A stretch of 46,458 bases of DNA from Escherichia phage Phagiculus, in the sequence record OR896821.1; one strand, 5' to 3'. The first letter of the stretch is position 1, and the number at the start of each line of letters is the position of its first letter. Shown here piece by piece: positions 44,652 to 46,458 of this stretch. The notes beneath the pieces are model-generated. The model searched no databases. It was not told where the DNA came from and saw only the letters and a program-made list of their open reading frames with translations. Position numbers and translations under genes: made by a program.

Positions 44652-45369
44652 AACTAACCTCCAATGGTAAATCTTTATGGCGAACCACTCTGACAGTCCG
44701 CTCACGATAGTAATCTCCGTACAAATCAACCTTGCTCATTCTTCCGTAAAGGTGATGAAGGAACTTGTTATCACCTAGGTAAATCCCTGCGTGATTAGTT
44801 TTCTCGCTCTGAATCTGCATCATAATCATTGCGCCAGGCACTAACTCTGATTCTACGAAGCCCTCTTTAACCCAGTTTTCATCGTAAATGTTATCTGGGT
44901 ATTGGTTCTCCCACCACGGATAATCGACCCGGTAGTCGCTCAGCCTAACTCCATAATTGCCGTGGTAAGCCATAATGAGAGACCAGCAATCGAAACTACC
45001 AAGACCCCACGGTCTACCAGCAAGTGGCATTCTTTCCGGCTGAATAACTCGTAAGTCACCTTCAGGGACACTAACAATAATGTAAGGCAACTCGCACTCA
45101 TTACAGCTACATATGTCGGCAGCGCTGGGTCTAGTCGTAGCGCCATCACCAGTGTGAGAATGGACGACATAAACAATATTGCTTTCATCTGAAATCTCCA
45201 TGTATTCTTTAGCGTCTAAGATGAATGATTGCTCTGGTGTTTTTGAGCGATTGGTAATTCGGTGATACTTCTGAGACTTTCCCGTCTGAGTCACGACACC
45301 GCAGCACTCTTGAGGATAAACTTCATTGGCGTGTCGGAATATGTCGATTTTTACGTTTGGATTAATCAT
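44632..45369 (-). CDS. tail assembly protein K-like (JAB/MPN plus NlpC/P60)
   Basis: JAMM-like VHSHTGDGATTRPSAAD and Cys/His NlpC/P60-like C-terminus. Confidence 0.8.
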   Translation of the reverse strand: MINPNVKIDIFRHANEVYPQECCGVVTQTGKSQKYHRITNRSKTPEQSFILDAKEYMEISDESNIVYVVHSHTGDGATTRPSAADICSCNECELPYIIVSVPEGDLRVIQPERMPLAGRPWGLGSFDCWSLIMAYHGNYGVRLSDYRVDYPWWENQYPDNIYDENWVKEGFVESELVPGAMIMMQIQSEKTNHAGIYLGDNKFLHHLYGRMSKVDLYGDYYRERTVRVVRHKDLPLEVSYDPEKD

Positions 45370-45378
45370 TTGCTCACC

Positions 45379-46134
45379 TTAGTTCTGATTGTTTTTAGCC
45401 TGCAGGCTTGCCGCCGCACACCCGCCGAAATCCAACTGATTGTTTGCTCCAAATCTAAGCTTACAGGCCGTAACTGTTCCGGCACAGAAGTCTTGAGATG
45501 GGTCAGCTACAGGGTTGTTATCTTTGTCGAAGTATCTGTTACCCATGTATCCGCATCCGTTACCGCTTCGATACCAGCCGCGTTGAGACCAGTAGCATAC
45601 TGACTGGGTTAGTCGCGCCGGAATGTAAATACCATCCATATCCATTGGGCTAGTTAACTCAAAGGATGCCGTCTTGTAGTCTACATGCTTAGGTCGCTCA
45701 ATGAAGTAAACCAGCTTTCGGTAATCCCCATCAGCGATGGTCCCATCTTCATTAATGTTCTCTCTCATCGTAATCCAGATTGTTACTTTAGCCTGAACCA
45801 GCCCGTTATAGGTTCGGATTAATGCCGAGATGTTCTGATCAACGTTTGATACCACCAATGTCACCTTGTTTGCTTTACCATCAGATGTCATGTTGATACC
45901 CTGGATACCGAAAGGTCGCGGGCCGTACTCTTCACCACGGAAGATAATATTCTTAACCGGAAGCGGTGTGCCATTCATCTGTGCTTCCATGATTTCTTCC
46001 GGCGTGTAGCTAATGTTCTCACCGTGGAACCTGTAAGTCCTGGCGCCAAACTTACTACCATCAACTTCAATAAGTGTCACAACCTCACCAGGGAATAGTG
46101 ACTGCAACTGATTTTCAAACTTTACACTAGCCAT
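45379..46134 (-). CDS. minor tail protein L-like
   Basis: 251 aa with C-terminal conserved Cys cluster; position between M and K. Confidence 0.75.
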   Translation of the reverse strand: MASVKFENQLQSLFPGEVVTLIEVDGSKFGARTYRFHGENISYTPEEIMEAQMNGTPLPVKNIIFRGEEYGPRPFGIQGINMTSDGKANKVTLVVSNVDQNISALIRTYNGLVQAKVTIWITMRENINEDGTIADGDYRKLVYFIERPKHVDYKTASFELTSPMDMDGIYIPARLTQSVCYWSQRGWYRSGNGCGYMGNRYFDKDNNPVADPSQDFCAGTVTACKLRFGANNQLDFGGCAAASLQAKNNQN

Positions 46135-46150
46135 ATAAACCTCAATAAAA

Positions 46151-46175
46151 AAGCCCCTCGTAGGGGCTTAGTATA
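46151..46175 (-). terminator. terminator-like hairpin between M and L genes
   Basis: minus strand AAGCCCC-TACG-AGGGGCTT followed by TTTTTTATT, then GAGG RBS. Confidence 0.5.
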
Positions 46176-46179
46176 TCAC

Positions 46180-46458
46180 TTAACTGGCTGACGTGAACAC
46201 TTCAGTAAATGAGCATGTTACAGTCTGCACTCCGCTAGAAACAGGTGATGCTCCGATACTATCCTGGGATACTACGAAGATTCTCGTTTCTCCCTGCGGA
46301 GTCTTCCAGAAGAATGGAGTTAAGATATGATTCTCCATGAACTCAATTACTTCGTTGAATCTATTCCCAGTGTATGCGATTGCGTAGGTCCTTTTGTTCG
46401 TTCGATACCCTCCAGTTCCACGCTGCTCATAGCCATTACCAAATGAAACGACTCTTAC
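46180..46458 (-). CDS. minor tail protein M-like, C-terminal 92 codons (gene split by window boundary)
   Basis: stop TAA at 46180..46182; open to window end; in frame with 1..69. Confidence 0.7.
   Translation of the reverse strand, partial: VRVVSFGNGYEQRGTGGYRTNKRTYAIAYTGNRFNEVIEFMENHILTPFFWKTPQGETRIFVVSQDSIGASPVSSGVQTVTCSFTEVFTSAS

Noticed and set aside
1-46458. Integrase, excisionase, CI-type repressor or attachment site (temperate lifestyle)
   Set aside because: No tyrosine/serine recombinase motifs or CI-like repressor recognised in any frame; gene content matches a virulent T1-like phage, though Cro-like and Rha-like HTH proteins are present.

Overview
The window reads as a complete, circularly closed genome (46,458 bp) of a tailed dsDNA phage with T1-like (Drexlerviridae-like) gene content. 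The two window ends split a single lambda-gpM-like minor tail gene (1..69 plus 46180..46458, minus strand), so joining end to start restores one ORF. Late/structural genes run on the minus strand: tRNA-Arg(CCU), terS, terL, portal, scaffold, decoration-like, major capsid, connectors, major tail, chaperone G/GT with a -1 frameshift, tape measure, then M-L-K-I-J. Two probable accessory insertions sit inside this conserved block: a 177-aa gene plus a collagen-like gene in the head module, and a C5-methyltransferase-like gene in the tail module. Other modules are replication/recombination (SF2 helicase, zinc-ribbon primase, SSB, Erf, PD-(D/E)XK exonuclease, VRR-NUC, metallophosphoesterase, two HNH-AP2 endonucleases) and a T1-type lysis cassette (holin, SAR endolysin, unimolecular spanin). 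No integrase or CI-like repressor was recognised, so the phage is probably virulent. The strongest non-coding signal is a family of 12 promoter modules sharing an inverted repeat TAGCAC-N3-TTGCTA, a weak -35-like AAGACN and a TATAGT-like -10, which looks like a phage-specific regulon; a Cro/YdaS-like HTH gene at 30470 sits beside one copy. Two paralogous AT-rich control regions, a palindromic TTGCAA(T) cluster, many intrinsic-terminator hairpins within the late operon and several unannotated small membrane peptides were also found. All functional calls are from motif-level reading of the translations; no database search was run.
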